Below, in pieces: positions 1-15,000 of a stretch of 64,000 bases of DNA. Every line of letters starts with the position of its first letter. The stretch's first letter is position 1. The position numbers were made by a program, and so were the translations under genes. The DNA comes from Balanoglossus misakiensis. Lineage: Eukaryota > Animalia > Hemichordata. The stretch covers positions 10,261,337 through 10,325,336 of the forward strand of contig CM082586.2 of the NCBI GenBank assembly GCA_040954595.2, in the 5' to 3' direction. Under the pieces are notes generated by a model. The model saw nothing but the letters and a program-made list of their open reading frames with translations. It was not told the DNA's origin and made no database searches.

Positions 1-3000
1 AACGTTATTATGCGCATAGGCCTATATATGTGTTCTGCGCATCACAACAGAATTTTGTAAACAAACGAGGCTGTGTTTGGAAGCAACCATGGACATTTTA
101 GAACTATCTCTCGATCTACAGAGTCTATAGTGGAAAACTTTCTTATGCACATAGGCCTATCTATGTGTTCTGCGCCTCACAACAGAAATCGGTAAATAAA
201 CGAGGCTGTATTTGGAAGCAACCATGAAATTTTACAACTATCCGTCGATCTACAGAGTCTAGTGGAAAAATGTCTCATGCGCATAGGCCTATCATGTGTT
301 CTGCGCCTCACAACAGAAATCGGTAAATAAACGAGGCTGTTTGGAAGCAACCATGGAAATTTTACAGCTATCCGTCGATCTACAGAGTCTAGTGGAAACG
401 TTCTTATGCGCATAGGCCTATATATGTGTTCTGCGCATCACAACAGAATTTTGTAAACAAACGAGGCTGTGTTTGGTAGCAACCATGGACATTTTAGAAC
501 TATCTCTCGATCTACAGAGTCTATAGTGGAAAACTTTCTTATGCACATATGCCTATCTATGTGTTCTGCGCCTCACAACAGAATTCGGTAAATAAACGAG
601 GCTGTTTGGAAGCAACCATGGAAATTTTACAACTATCCGTCGATCTACAGAGTCTAGTGGAAAACGTTATTATGCGCATAGGCCTATATATGTGTTCTGC
701 GCATCACAACAGAATTTTGTAAACAAACGAGGCTGTGTTTGGAAGCAACCATGGACATTTTAGAACTATCTCTCGATCTACAGAGTCTATAGTGGAAAAC
801 TTTCTTATGCACATAGGCCTATCTATGTGTTCTGTGCCTCACAACAGAATTCGGTAAATAAACGAGGCTGTTTGGAAGCAACCATGGAAATTTTACAACT
901 ATCCGTCGATCTACAGAGTCTAGTGGAAAACGTTCTTATGCGCATAGGCCTATATATGTGTTCTGCGCATCACAAAAGAATTTTGTAAACAAACGAGGCT
1001 GTGTTTGGAAGCAACCATGGACATTTTAGAACTATCTCTCGATCTACAGAGTCTATAGTGGAAAACTTTCTTATGCACATATGCCTATCTATGTGTTCTG
1101 CGCCTCAAAACAGAATTCCGTAAATAAACGAGGCTGTTTGGAAGCAAACATGGCAATTTTAGAACTATCTCTCGATCTACAGAGTATAGTGGAAAACGTT
1201 CATATGCGCATAGGCCTATCTATGTGTTCTGCGCATCACAACAGAATTTTGTAAACAAACCAGGCTTTGTTTGGAAGCAACCATGGACATTTTAGAACTA
1301 TTCGTCGATCTACGGAGTCTAGTGGAAAACTTTCTTATGCGCATAGGCATATGTATGTGTTCTACGCATCACAACAGAATTCGGTAAATAAACGAGGCTG
1401 TTTGGAAACAACCATGGAAATTTTAGAACTATCCGTTGATCTAAAGTTGAAAAGTTTTTTATGCGCATAGGCCTATCTATGTGTTCTGCGCCTCACAACA
1501 GAAATCGGTAAATAAACGAGGCTGTTTGGAAGCAACCATGGAAATTTTACAACTATCTCTCGATCTACAGAGTCTATAGTGGAAAACTTTCTTATTCACA
1601 TATGCCTATCTATGTGTTCTGCGCCTCAAAACAGAATTCCGCAAATAAACGAGGCTGTTTGGAAGCAAACATGGAAGTTTTAGAACTATCTCTCGATCTA
1701 CAGTGTATAGTGGAAAACGTTCATATGCGCATAGGCCTATCTATGTGTTCTGCGCATCACAACAGAATTTTGTAAACAAACGAGGCTGTGTTTGGTAGCA
1801 ACCATGGACATTTTAGAACTATCTCTCGATCTACAGAGTCTATAGTGGAAAACTTTCTTATGCACATATGCCTATCTATGTGTTCTGCGCCTCACAACAG
1901 AATTCGGTAAATAAACGAGGCTGTTTGGAAGCAACCATGGAAATTTTACAACTATCCGTCGATCTACGGAGTCTGGTGGAAAACTTTCTTATGCGCATAG
2001 GCCTATTACGTGTTCTGCGTCTCACAACAGAATTCGGTAAATAAACGAGGCTGTTTGGAAGCAACCATGGAAATTTTAGAACTATCTCTCGATCTACAGA
2101 GTCTAGTGGAAAACGTTCTTATGCGCATAGGCCTATATATGTGTTCTGCGCATCACAACAGAATTCGTAAACAAACGAGGTTGTTTGGAAGCAACCATGG
2201 AAATTTTACAACTATCCGTCGATCTACAGAGTCTAGTGGAAAAATGTCTTATGCGCATTGGCCTATCATGTGTTCTGCGCCTCACAACAGAAATCAGTAA
2301 ATAAACGAGGCTGTTTGGAAGCAACCATGGAAATTTTACAACTATCAGTCCATCTACAGAGTCTGGTGGAAAACTTTCTTATGCGCATAGGCCTATAACG
2401 TGTTCTGCGCCTAACAACAGAATTCGGTAAATAAACGAGGCTGTTTGGAAGCAACCATGGAAATTTTACAACTATCCGTCGATCTACAGAGTCTAGTGGA
2501 AACGTTCTTATGCGCATAGGCCTATATATGTGTTCTGCGCATCACAACAGAATTTTGTAAACAAACGAGGCTGTGTTTGGTATCAACCATGGACATTTTA
2601 GAACTATCTCTCGATCTACAGAGTCTATAGTGGAAAACTTTCTTATGCACATATGCCTATCTATGTGTTCTGCGCCTCACAACAGAATTCGGTAAATAAA
2701 CGAGGCTGTTTGGAAGCAACCATGGAAATTTTACAACTATCCGTCGATCTACAGAGTCTAGTGGAAAACGTTATTATGCGCATAGGCCTATATATGTGTT
2801 CTGCGCATCACAACAGAATTTTGTAAACAAACGAGGCTGTGTTTGGAAGCAACCATGGACATTTTAGAACTATCTCTCGATCTACAGAGTCTATAGTGGA
2901 AAACTTTCTTATGCACATAGGCCTATCTATGTGTTCTGTGCCTTACAACAGAATTCGGTAAATAAACGAGGCTGTTTGGAAGCAACCATGGAAATTTTAC

Positions 3001-6000
3001 AACTATCCGTCGATGTACAGAGTCTAGTGGAAAACGTTATTATGCGCATAGGCCTATATATGTGTTCTGCGCATCACAACAGAATTTTGTAAACAAACGA
3101 GGCTGTGTTTGGAAGCAACCATGGACATTTTAGAACTATCTCTCGATCTACAGAGTCTATAGTGGAAAACTTTCTTATGCACATATGCCTATCTATGTGT
3201 TCTGCGCCTCAAAACAGAATTCCGTAAATAAACGAGGCTGTTTGGAAGCAAACATGGAAATTTTAGAACTATCTCTCGATCTACAGAGTATAGTGGAAAA
3301 CGTTCATATGCGCATAGGCCTATCTATGTGTTCTGCGCATCACAACAGAATTTTGTAAACAAACCAGGCTTTGTTTGGAAGCAACCATGGACATTTTAGA
3401 ACTATTCGTCGATCTACGGAGTCTAGTGGAAAACTTTCTTATGCGCATAGGCATATGTATGTGTTCTACGCATCACAACAGAATTCGGTAAATAAACGAG
3501 GCTGTTTGGAAACAACCATGGAAATTTTAGAACTATCCGTTGATCTAAAGTTGAAAAGTTTTTTATGCGCATAGGCCTATCTATGTGTTCTGCGCCTCAC
3601 AACAGAAATCGGTAAATAAACGAGGCTGTTTGGAAGCAACCATGGAAATTTTACAACTATCTCTCGATCTACAGAGTCTATAGTGGAAAACTTTCTTATT
3701 CACATATGCCTATCTATGTGTTCTGCGCCTCAAAACAGAATTCCGCAAATAAACGAGGCTGTTTGGAAGCAAACATGGAAGTTTTAGAACTATCTCTCGA
3801 TCTACAGTGTATGGTGGAAAACGTTCATATGCGCATAGGCCTATCTATGTGTTCTGCGCATCACAACAGAATTTTGTAAACAAACGAGGCTGTGTTTGGT
3901 AGCAACCATGGACATTTTAGAACTATCTCTCGATCTACAGAGTCTATAGTGGAAAACTTTCTTATGCACATATGCCTATCTATGTGTTCTGCGCCTCACA
4001 ACAGAATTCGGTAAATAAACGAGGCTGTTTGGAAGCAACCATGGAAATTTTACAACTATCCGTCGATCTACGGAGTCTGGTGGAAAACTTTCTTATGCGC
4101 ATAGCCCTATATATGTGTTCTGCGCATCACAACAGAATTCGTAAACAAACGAGGTTGTTTGGAAGCAACCATGGAAATTTTACAACTATCCGTCGATCTA
4201 CAGAGTCTAGTGGAAAAATGTCTTATGCGCATTGGCCTATCATGTGTTCTGCGCCTCACAACAGAAATCAGTAAATAAACGAGGCTGTTTGGAAGCAACC
4301 ATGGAAATTTTACAACTATCAGTCCATCTACAGAGTCTGGTGGAAAACTTTCTTATGCGCATAGGCCTATAACGTGTTCTGCGCCTAACAACAGAATTCG
4401 GTAAATAAACGAGGCTGTTTGGAAGCAACCATGGAAATTTTACAACTATCCGTCGATCTACAGAGTCTGGTGGAAAACTTTCTTATGCGCATAGGCCTAT
4501 AACGTGTTCTGCGCCTAACAACAGAATTCGGTAAATAAACGAGGCTGTTTGGAAGCAACCATGGAAATTTTACAACTATCCGTCGATCTACAGAGTCTAG
4601 TGGAAAACGTTATAATGCGCATAGGCCTATCTATGTGTTATGCGCATCACAACAGAAATCGGTAAATAAACGAGGCTGTATTTGGAAGCAACCATGAACA
4701 TTTTACAACTATCCGTCGATCTACAGAGTCTAGTGGAAAACGTTCTTATGCGCATAGGCCTATATATGTGTTCTGCGCATCACAACAGAATTCGGTAAAC
4801 AAACGAGGTTGTTTGGAAGCAACCATGGACATTTTACAACTATCCGTCGATCTACAGAGTCTAGTGGAAAAATGTCGTATGCGCATAGGCCTATCATGTG
4901 TTCTGCGCCTCAAAACAGAATTCCGTAAATAAACGAGGCTGTTTGCAAGCAAACATGGAAATTTTACAGCTATCCGTCGATCTACAGAGTCTAGTGGAAA
5001 ACGTTCTTTTGCGCATAGGCCTATATATGTGTTATGCGCATCACAACAGAAATCGGTAAATAAACGAGGCTGTATTTGGAAGCAACCATGGACATTTTAC
5101 AACTATCCGTCGATCTACAGAGTCTTGTGGAAAACTTTCTAATGCGCATAGGCCTATTACGTGTTCTGCGCCTCACAACAGAATTCCGTAAATAAACGAG
5201 GCTGTTTGGAAGCAACCATGGAAATGTTAGAACTATCCGTCGATCTACAGAGTCTAGTGGAAAAATGTCTTATGCGCATAGGCCTATCATGTGTTCTGCG
5301 CCTCACAACAGAAATCGGTAAATAAACGAGGCAGTTTGGAAGCAACCATGGAAATTTTACAGCTATCCGTCGATCTACAGAGTCTAGTGGAAAACGTTCT
5401 TTTGCGCATAGGCCTATATATGTGTTCTGCGCATCACAGCAGAATTTTGTAAACAAACGAGGCTGTGTTTGGAAGCAACCATGGACATTTTAGAACTATC
5501 TCTCGATCTACAGAGTCTATAGTGGAAAACTTTCTTATGCACATATGCCTATCTATGTGTTCTGCGCCTAAAAACAGAATTCCGTAAATAAACGAGGCTG
5601 TTTGGAAGCAAACATGGCAATTTTACAGCTATCCGTGGATATACAGAGTCTAGTGGAAAACGTTCTTATGCGCATAGGCCTATATATGTGTTCTGCGCAT
5701 CACAACAGAATTTTGTAAACAAACGAGGCTGTGTTTGGAAGCAACCATGGAAATTTTAGAACTATCCGTTGATCTAAAGTTGAAAAGTTTTTTATGCGCA
5801 TAGGCCTATCTATGTGTTCTGCGCCTCACAACAGAAATCGGTAAATAAACGAGGCTGTTTGGAAGCAACCATGGAAATTTTACAACTATCTCTCGATCTA
5901 CAGAGTCTATAGTGGAAAACTTTCTTATTCACATATGCCTATCTATGTGTTCTGCGCCTCAAAACAGAATTCCGCAAATAAACGAGGCTGTTTGGAAGCA

Positions 6001-9000
6001 AACATGGAAGTTTTAGAACTATCTCTCGATCTACAGTGTATAGTGGAAAACGTTCATATGCGCATAGGCCTATCTATGTGTTCTGCGCATCACAACAGAA
6101 TTTTGTAAACAAACGAGGCTGTGTTTGGTAGCAACCATGGACATTTTAGAACTATCTCTCGATCTACAGAGTCTATAGTGGAAAACTTTCTTATGCACAT
6201 AGGCCTATCTATGTGTTCTGCGCCTCACAACAGAATTCGGTAAATAAACGAGGCTGTTTGGAAGCAACCATGGAAATTTTACAACTATCCGTCGATCTAC
6301 GGAGTCTGGTGGAAAACTTTCTTATGCGCATAGGCCTATTACGTGTTCTGCGTCTCACAACAGAATTCGGTAAATAAACGAGGCTGTTTGGAAGCAACCA
6401 TGGAAATTTTAGAACTATCTCTCGATCTACAGAGTCTAGTGGAAAACGTTCTTATGCGCATAGGCCTATATATGTGTTCTGCGCATCACAACAGAATTCG
6501 TAAACAAACGAGGTTGTTTGGAAGCAACCATGGAAATTTTACAACTATCCGTCGATCTACAGAGTCTAGTGGAAAAATGTCTTATGCGCATTGGCCTATC
6601 ATGTGTTCTGCGCCTCACAACAGAAATCAGTAAATAAACGAGGCTGTTTGGAAGCAACCATGGAAATTTTACAACTATCCGTCGATCTACAGAGTCTAGT
6701 GGAAACGTTCTTATGCGCATAGGCCTATATATGTGTTCTGCGCATCACAACAGAATTTTGTAAACAAACGAGGCTGTGTTTGGTAGCAACCATGGACATT
6801 TTAGAACTATCTCTCGATCTACAGAGTCTATAGTGGAAAACTTTCTTATGCACATATGCCTATCTATGTGTTCTGCGCCTCACAACAGAATTCGGTAAAT
6901 AAACGAGGCTGTTTGGAAGCAACCATGGAAATTTTACAACTATCCGTCGATCTACAGAGTCTAGTGGAAAACGTTATTATGCGCATAGGCCTATATATGT
7001 GTTCTGCGCATCACAACAGAATTTTGTAAACAAACGAGGCTGTGTTTGGAAGCAACCATGGACATTTTAGAACTATCTCTCGATCTACAGAGTCTATAGT
7101 GGAAAACTTTCTTATGCACATAGGCCTATCTATGTGTTCTGTGCCTTACAACAGAATTCGGTAAATAAACGAGGCTGTTTGGAAGCAACCATGGAAATTT
7201 TACAACTATCCGTCGATCTACAGAGTCTAGTGGAAAACGTTATTATGCGCATAGGCCTATATATGTGTTCTGCGCATCACAACAGAATTTTGTAAACAAA
7301 CGAGGCTGTGTTTGGAAGCAACCATGGACATTTTAGAACTATCTCTCGATCTACAGAGTCTATAGTGGAAAACTTTCTTATGCACATATGCCTATCTATG
7401 TGTTCTGCGCCTCAAAACAGAATTCCGTAAATAAACGAGGCTGTTTGGAAGCAAACATGGAAATTTTAGAACTATCTCTCGATCTACAGAGTATAGTGGA
7501 AAACGTTCATATGCGCATAGGCCTATCTATGTGTTCTGCGCATCACAACAGAATTTTGTAAACAAACCAGGCTTTGTTTGGAAGCAACCATGGACATTTT
7601 AGAACTATTCGTCGATCTACGGAGTCTAGTGGAAAACTTTCTTATGCGCATAGGCATATGTATGTGTTCTACGCATCACAACAGAATTCGGTAAATAAAC
7701 GAGGCTGTTTGGAAACAACCATGGAAATTTTAGAACTATCCGTTGATCTAAAGTTGAAAAGTTTTTTATGCGCATAGGCCTATCTATGTGTTCTGCGCCT
7801 CACAACAGAAATCGGTAAATAAACGAGGCTGTTTGGAAGCAACCATGGAAATTTTACAACTATCTCTCGATCTACAGAGTCTATAGTGGAAAACTTTCTT
7901 ATTCACATATGCCTATCTATGTGTTCTGCGCCTCAAAACAGAATTCCGCAAATAAACGAGGCTGTTTGGAAGCAAACATGGAAGTTTTAGAACTATCTCT
8001 CGATCTACAGTGTATAGTGGAAAACGTTCATATGCGCATAGGCCTATCTATGTGTTCTGCGCATCACAACAGAATTTTGTAAACAAACGAGGCTGTGTTT
8101 GGTAGCAACCATGGACATTTTAGAACTATCTCTCGATCTACAGAGTCTATAGTGGAAAACTTTCTTATGCACATAGGCCTATCTATGTGTTCTGCGCCTC
8201 ACAACAGAATTCGGTAAATAAACGAGGCTGTTTGGAAGCAACCATGGAAATTTTACAACTATCCGTCGATCTACGGAGTCTGGTGGAAAACTTTCTTATG
8301 CGCATAGGCCTATTACGTGTTCTGCGTCTCACAACAGAATTCGGTAAATAAACGAGGCTGTTTGGAAGCAACCATGGAAATTTTAGAACTATCTCTCGAT
8401 CTACAGAGTCTAGTGGAAAACGTTCTTATGCGCATAGGCCTATATATGTGTTCTGCGCATCACAACAGAATTCGTAAACAAACGAGGTTGTTTGGAAGCA
8501 ACCATGGAAATTTTACAACTATCCGTCGATCTACAGAGTCTAGTGGAAAAATGTCTTATGCGCATTGGCCTATCATGTGTTCTGCGCCTCACAACAGAAA
8601 TCAGTAAATAAACGAGGCTGTTTGGAAGCAACCATGGAAATTTTACAACTATCCGTCGATCTACAGAGTCTAGTGGAAACGTTCTTATGCGCATAGGCCT
8701 ATATATGTGTTCTGCGCATCACAACAGAATTTTGTAAACAAACGAGGCTGTGTTTGGTAGCAACCATGGACATTTTAGAACTATCTCTCGATCTACAGAG
8801 TCTATAGTGGAAAACTTTCTTATGCACATATGCCTATCTATGTGTTCTGCGCCTCACAACAGAATTCGGTAAATAAACGAGGCTGTTTGGAAGCAACCAT
8901 GGAAATTTTACAACTATCCGTCGATCTACGGAGTCTGGTGGAAAACTTTCTTATGCGCATAGCCCTATATATGTGTTCTGCGCATCACAACAGAATTTTG

Positions 9001-12000
9001 TAAACAAACGAGGCTGTGTTTGGTAGCAACCATGGACATTTTAGAACTATCTCTCGATCTACAGAGTCTATAGTGGAAAACTTTCTTATGCACATAGGCC
9101 TATCTATGTGTTCTGCGCCTCACAACAGAATTCGGTAAATAAACGAGGCTGTTTGGAAGCAACCATGGAAATTTTACAACTATCCGTCGATCTACGGAGT
9201 CTGGTGGAAAACTTTCTTATGCGCATAGGCCTATTACGTGTTCTGCGTCTCACAACAGAATTCGGTAAATAAACGAGGCTGTTTGGAAGCAAACATGGAA
9301 GTTTTAGAACTATCTCTCGATCTACAGTGTATAGTGGAAAACGTTCATATGCGCATAGGCCTATCTATGTGTTCTGCGCATCACAACAGAATTTTGTAAA
9401 CAAACGAGGCTGTGTTTGGTAGCAACCATGGACATTTTAGAACTATCTCTCGATCTACAGAGTCTATAGTGGAAAACTTTCTTATGCACATAGGCCTATC
9501 TATGTGTTCTGCGCCTCACAACAGAATTCGGTAAATAAACGAGGCTGTTTGGAAGCAACCATGGAAATTTTACAACTATCCGTCGATCTACGGAGTCTGG
9601 TGGAAAACTTTCTTATGCGCATAGGCCTATTACGTGTTCTGCGTCTCACAACAGAATTCGGTAAATAAACGAGGCTGTTTGGAAGCAACCATGGAAATTT
9701 TAGAACTATCTCTCGATCTACAGAGTCTAGTGGAAAACGTTCTTATGCGCATAGGCCTATATATGTGTTCTGCGCATCACAACAGAATTCGTAAACAAAC
9801 GAGGTTGTTTGGAAGCAACCATGGAAATTTTACAACTATCCGTCGATCTACAGAGTCTAGTGGAAAAATGTCTTATGCGCATTGGCCTATCATGTGTTCT
9901 GCGCCTCACAACAGAAATCAGTAAATAAACGAGGCTGTTTGGAAGCAACCATGGACATTTTACAACTATCCGTCGATCTACAGAGTCTAGTGGAAACGTT
10001 CTTATGCGCATAGGCCTATATATGTGTTCTGCGCATCACAACAGAATTCGTAAACAAACGAGGTTGTTTGGAAGCAACCATGGAAATTTTACAACTATCC
10101 GTCGATCTACAGAGTCTAGTGGAAAAATGTCTTATGCGCATTGGCCTATCATGTGTTCTGCGCCTCACAACAGAAATCAGTAAATAAACGAGGCTGTTTG
10201 GAAGCAACCATGGAAATTTTACAACTATCCGTCGATCTACAGAGTCTAGTGGAAACGTTCTTATGCGCATAGGCCTATATATGTGTTCTGCGCATCACAA
10301 CAGAATTTTGTAAACAAACGAGGCTGTGTTTGGTAGCAACCATGGACATTTTAGAACTATCTCTCGATCTACAGAGTCTATAGTGGAAAACTTTCTTATG
10401 CACATATGCCTATCTATGTGTTCTGCGCCTCACAACAGAATTCGGTAAATAAACGAGGCTGTTTGGAAGCAACCATGGAAATTTTACAACTATCCGTCGA
10501 TCTACAGAGTCTAGTGGAAAACGTTATTATGCGCATAGGCCTATATATGTGTTCTGCGCATCACAACAGAATTTTGTAAACAAACGAGGCTGTGTTTGGA
10601 AGCAACCATGGACATTTTAGAACTATCTCTCGATCTACAGAGTCTATAGTGGAAAACTTTCTTATGCACATAGGCCTATCTATGTGTTCTGTGCCTTACA
10701 ACAGAATTCGGTAAATAAACGAGGCTGTTTGGAAGCAACCATGGAAATTTTACAACTATCCGTCGATCTACAGAGTCTAGTGGAAAACGTTATTATGCGC
10801 ATAGGCCTATATATGTGTTCTGCGCATCACAACAGAATTTTGTAAACAAACGAGGCTGTGTTTGGAAGCAACCATGGACATTTTAGAACTATCTCTCGAT
10901 CTACAGAGTCTATAGTGGAAAACTTTCTTATGCACATATGCCTATCTATGTGTTCTGCGCCTCAAAACAGAATTCCGTAAATAAACGAGGCTGTTTGGAA
11001 GCAAACATGGAAATTTTAGAACTATCTCTCGATCTACAGAGTATAGTGGAAAACGTTCATATGCGCATAGGCCTATCTATGTGTTCTGCGCATCACAACA
11101 GAATTTTGTAAACAAACCAGGCTTTGTTTGGAAGCAACCATGGACATTTTAGAACTATTCGTCGATCTACGGAGTCTAGTGGAAAACTTTCTTATGCGCA
11201 TAGGCATATGTATGTGTTCTACGCATCACAACAGAATTCGGTAAATAAACGAGGCTGTTTGGAAACAACCATGGAAATTTTAGAACTATCCGTTGATCTA
11301 AAGTTGAAAAGTTTTTTATGCGCATAGGCCTATCTATGTGTTCTGCGCCTCACAACAGAAATCGGTAAATAAACGAGGCTGTTTGGAAGCAACCATGGAA
11401 ATTTTACAACTATCTCTCGATCTACAGAGTCTATAGTGGAAAACTTTCTTATGCACATATGCCTATCTATGTGTTCTGCGCCTCACAACAGAATTCGGTA
11501 AATAAACGAGGCTGTTTGGAAGCAACCATGGAAATTTTACAACTATCCGTCGATCTACAGAGTCTAGTGGAAAACGTTATTATGCGCATAGGCCTATATA
11601 TGTGTTCTGCGCATCACAACAGAATTTTGTAAACAAACGAGGCTGTGTTTGGAAGCAACCATGGACATTTTAGAACTATCTCTCGATCTACAGAGTCTAT
11701 AGTGGAAAACTTTCTTATGCACATAGGCCTATCTATGTGTTCTGTGCCTTACAACAGAATTCGGTAAATAAACGAGGCTGTTTGGAAGCAACCATGGAAA
11801 TTTTACAACTATCCGTCGATCTACAGAGTCTAGTGGAAAACGTTATTATGCGCATAGGCTTATATATGTGTTCTGCGCATCACAACAGAATTTTGTAAAC
11901 AAACGAGGCTGTGTTTGGAAGCAACCATGGACATTTTAGAACTATCTCTCGATCTACAGAGTCTATAGTGGAAAACTTTCTTATGCACATATGCCTATCT

Positions 12001-15000
12001 ATGTGTTCTGCGCCTCAAAACAGAATTCCGTAAATAAACGAGGCTGTTTGGAAGCAAACATGGAAATTTTAGAACTATCTCTCGATCTACAGAGTATAGT
12101 GGAAAACGTTCATATGCGCATAGGCCTATCTATGTGTTCTGCGCATCACAACAGAATTTTGTAAACAAACCAGGCTTTGTTTGGAAGCAACCATGGACAT
12201 TTTAGAACTATTCGTCGATCTACGGAGTCTAGTGGAAAACTTTCTTATGCGCATAGGCATATGTATGTGTTCTACGCATCACAACAGAATTCGGTAAATA
12301 AACGAGGCTGTTTGGAAACAACCATGGAAATTTTAGAACTATCCGTTGATCTAAAGTTGAAAAGTTTTTTATGCGCATAGGCCTATCTATGTGTTCTGCG
12401 CCTCACAACAGAAATCGGTAAATAAACGAGGCTGTTTGGAAGCAACCATGGAAATTTTACAACTATCTCTCGATCTACAGAGTCTATAGTGGAAAACTTT
12501 CTTATTCACATATGCCTATCTATGTGTTCTGCGCCTCAAAACAGAATTCCGCAAATAAACGAGGCTGTTTGGAAGCAAACATGGAAGTTTTAGAACTATC
12601 TCTCGATCTACAGTGTATGGTGGAAAACGTTCATATGCGCATAGGCCTATCTATGTGTTCTGCGCATCACAACAGAATTTTGTAAACAAACGAGGCTGTG
12701 TTTGGTAGCAACCATGGACATTTTAGAACTATCTCTCGATCTACAGAGTCTATAGTGGAAAACTTTCTTATGCACATATGCCTATCTATGTGTTCTGCGC
12801 CTCACAACAGAATTCGGTAAATAAACGAGGCTGTTTGGAAGCAAACATGGAAATTTTACAACTATCCGTCGATCTACGGAGTCTGGTGGAAAACTTTCTT
12901 ATGCGCATAGCCCTATATATGTGTTCTGCGCATCACAACAGAATTTTGTAAACAAACGAGGCTGTGTTTGGTAGCAACCATGGACATTTTAGAACTATCT
13001 CTCGATCTACAGAGTCTATAGTGGAAAACTTTCTTATGCACATAGGCCTATCTATGTGTTCTGCGCCTCACAACAGAATTCGGTAAATAAACGAGGCTGT
13101 TTGGAAGCAACCATGGAAATTTTACAACTATCCGTCGATCTACGGAGTCTGGTGGAAAACTTTCTTATGCGCATAGGCCTATTACGTGTTCTGCGTCTCA
13201 CAACAGAATTCGGTAAATAAACGAGGCTGTTTGGAAGCAAACATGGAAGTTTTAGAACTATCTCTCGATCTACAGTGTATAGTGGAAAACGTTCATATGC
13301 GCATAGGCCTATCTATGTGTTCTGCGCATCACAACAGAATTTTGTAAACAAACGAGGCTGTGTTTGGTAGCAACCATGGACATTTTAGAACTATCTCTCG
13401 ATCTACAGAGTCTATAGTGGAAAACTTTCTTATGCACATAGGCCTATCTATGTGTTCTGCGCCTCACAACAGAATTCGGTAAATAAACGAGGCTGTTTGG
13501 AAGCAACCATGGAAATTTTACAACTATCCGTCGATCTACGGAGTCTGGTGGAAAACTTTCTTATGCGCATAGGCCTATTACGTGTTCTGCGTCTCACAAC
13601 AGAATTCGGTAAATAAACGAGGCTGTTTGGAAGCAACCATGGAAATTTTAGAACTATCTCTCGATCTACAGAGTCTAGTGGAAAACGTTCTTATGCGCAT
13701 AGGCCTATATATGTGTTCTGCGCATCACAACAGAATTCGTAAACAAACGAGGTTGTTTGGAAGCAACCATGGAAATTTTACAACTATCCGTCGATCTACA
13801 GAGTCTAGTGGAAAAATGTCTTATGCGCATTGGCCTATCATGTGTTCTGCGCCTCACAACAGAAATCAGTAAATAAACGAGGCTGTTTGGAAGCAACCAT
13901 GGAAATTTTACAACTATCCGTCGATCTACAGAGTCTAGTGGAAACGTTCTTATGCGCATAGGCCTATATATGTGTTCTGCGCATCACAACAGAATTTTGT
14001 AAACAAACGAGGCTGTGTTTGGTAGCAACCATGGACATTTTAGAACTATCTCTCGATCTACAGAGTCTATAGTGGAAAACTTTCTTATGCACATATGCCT
14101 ATCTATGTGTTCTGCGCCTCACAACAGAATTCGGTAAATAAACGAGGCTGTTTGGAAGCAACCATGGAAATTTTACAACTATCCGTCGATCTACAGAGTC
14201 TAGTGGAAAACGTTATTATGCGCATAGGCCTATATATGTGTTCTGCGCATCACAACAGAATTTTGTAAACAAACGAGGCTGTGTTTGGAAGCAACCATGG
14301 ACATTTTAGAACTATCTCTCGATCTACAGAGTCTATAGTGGAAAACTTTCTTATGCACATAGGCCTATCTATGTGTTCTGTGCCTTACAACAGAATTCGG
14401 TAAATAAACGAGGCTGTTTGGAAGCAACCATGGAAATTTTACAACTATCCGTCGATCTACAGAGTCTAGTGGAAAACGTTATTATGCGCATAGGCCTATA
14501 TATGTGTTCTGCGCATCACAACAGAATTTTGTAAACAAACGAGGCTGTGTTTGGAAGCAACCATGGACATTTTAGAACTATCTCTCGATCTACAGAGTCT
14601 ATAGTGGAAAACTTTCTTATGCACATATGCCTATCTATGTGTTCTGCGCCTCAAAACAGAATTCCGTAAATAAACGAGGCTGTTTGGAAGCAAACATGGA
14701 AATTTTAGAACTATCTCTCGATCTACAGAGTATAGTGGAAAACGTTCATATGCGCATAGGCCTATCTATGTGTTCTGCGCATCACAACAGAATTTTGTAA
14801 ACAAACCAGGCTTTGTTTGGAAGCAACCATGGACATTTTAGAACTATTCGTCGATCTACGGAGTCTAGTGGAAAACTTTCTTATGCGCATAGGCATATGT
14901 ATGTGTTCTACGCATCACAACAGAATTCGGTAAATAAACGAGGCTGTTTGGAAACAACCATGGAAATTTTAGAACTATCCGTTGATCTAAAGTTGAAAAG

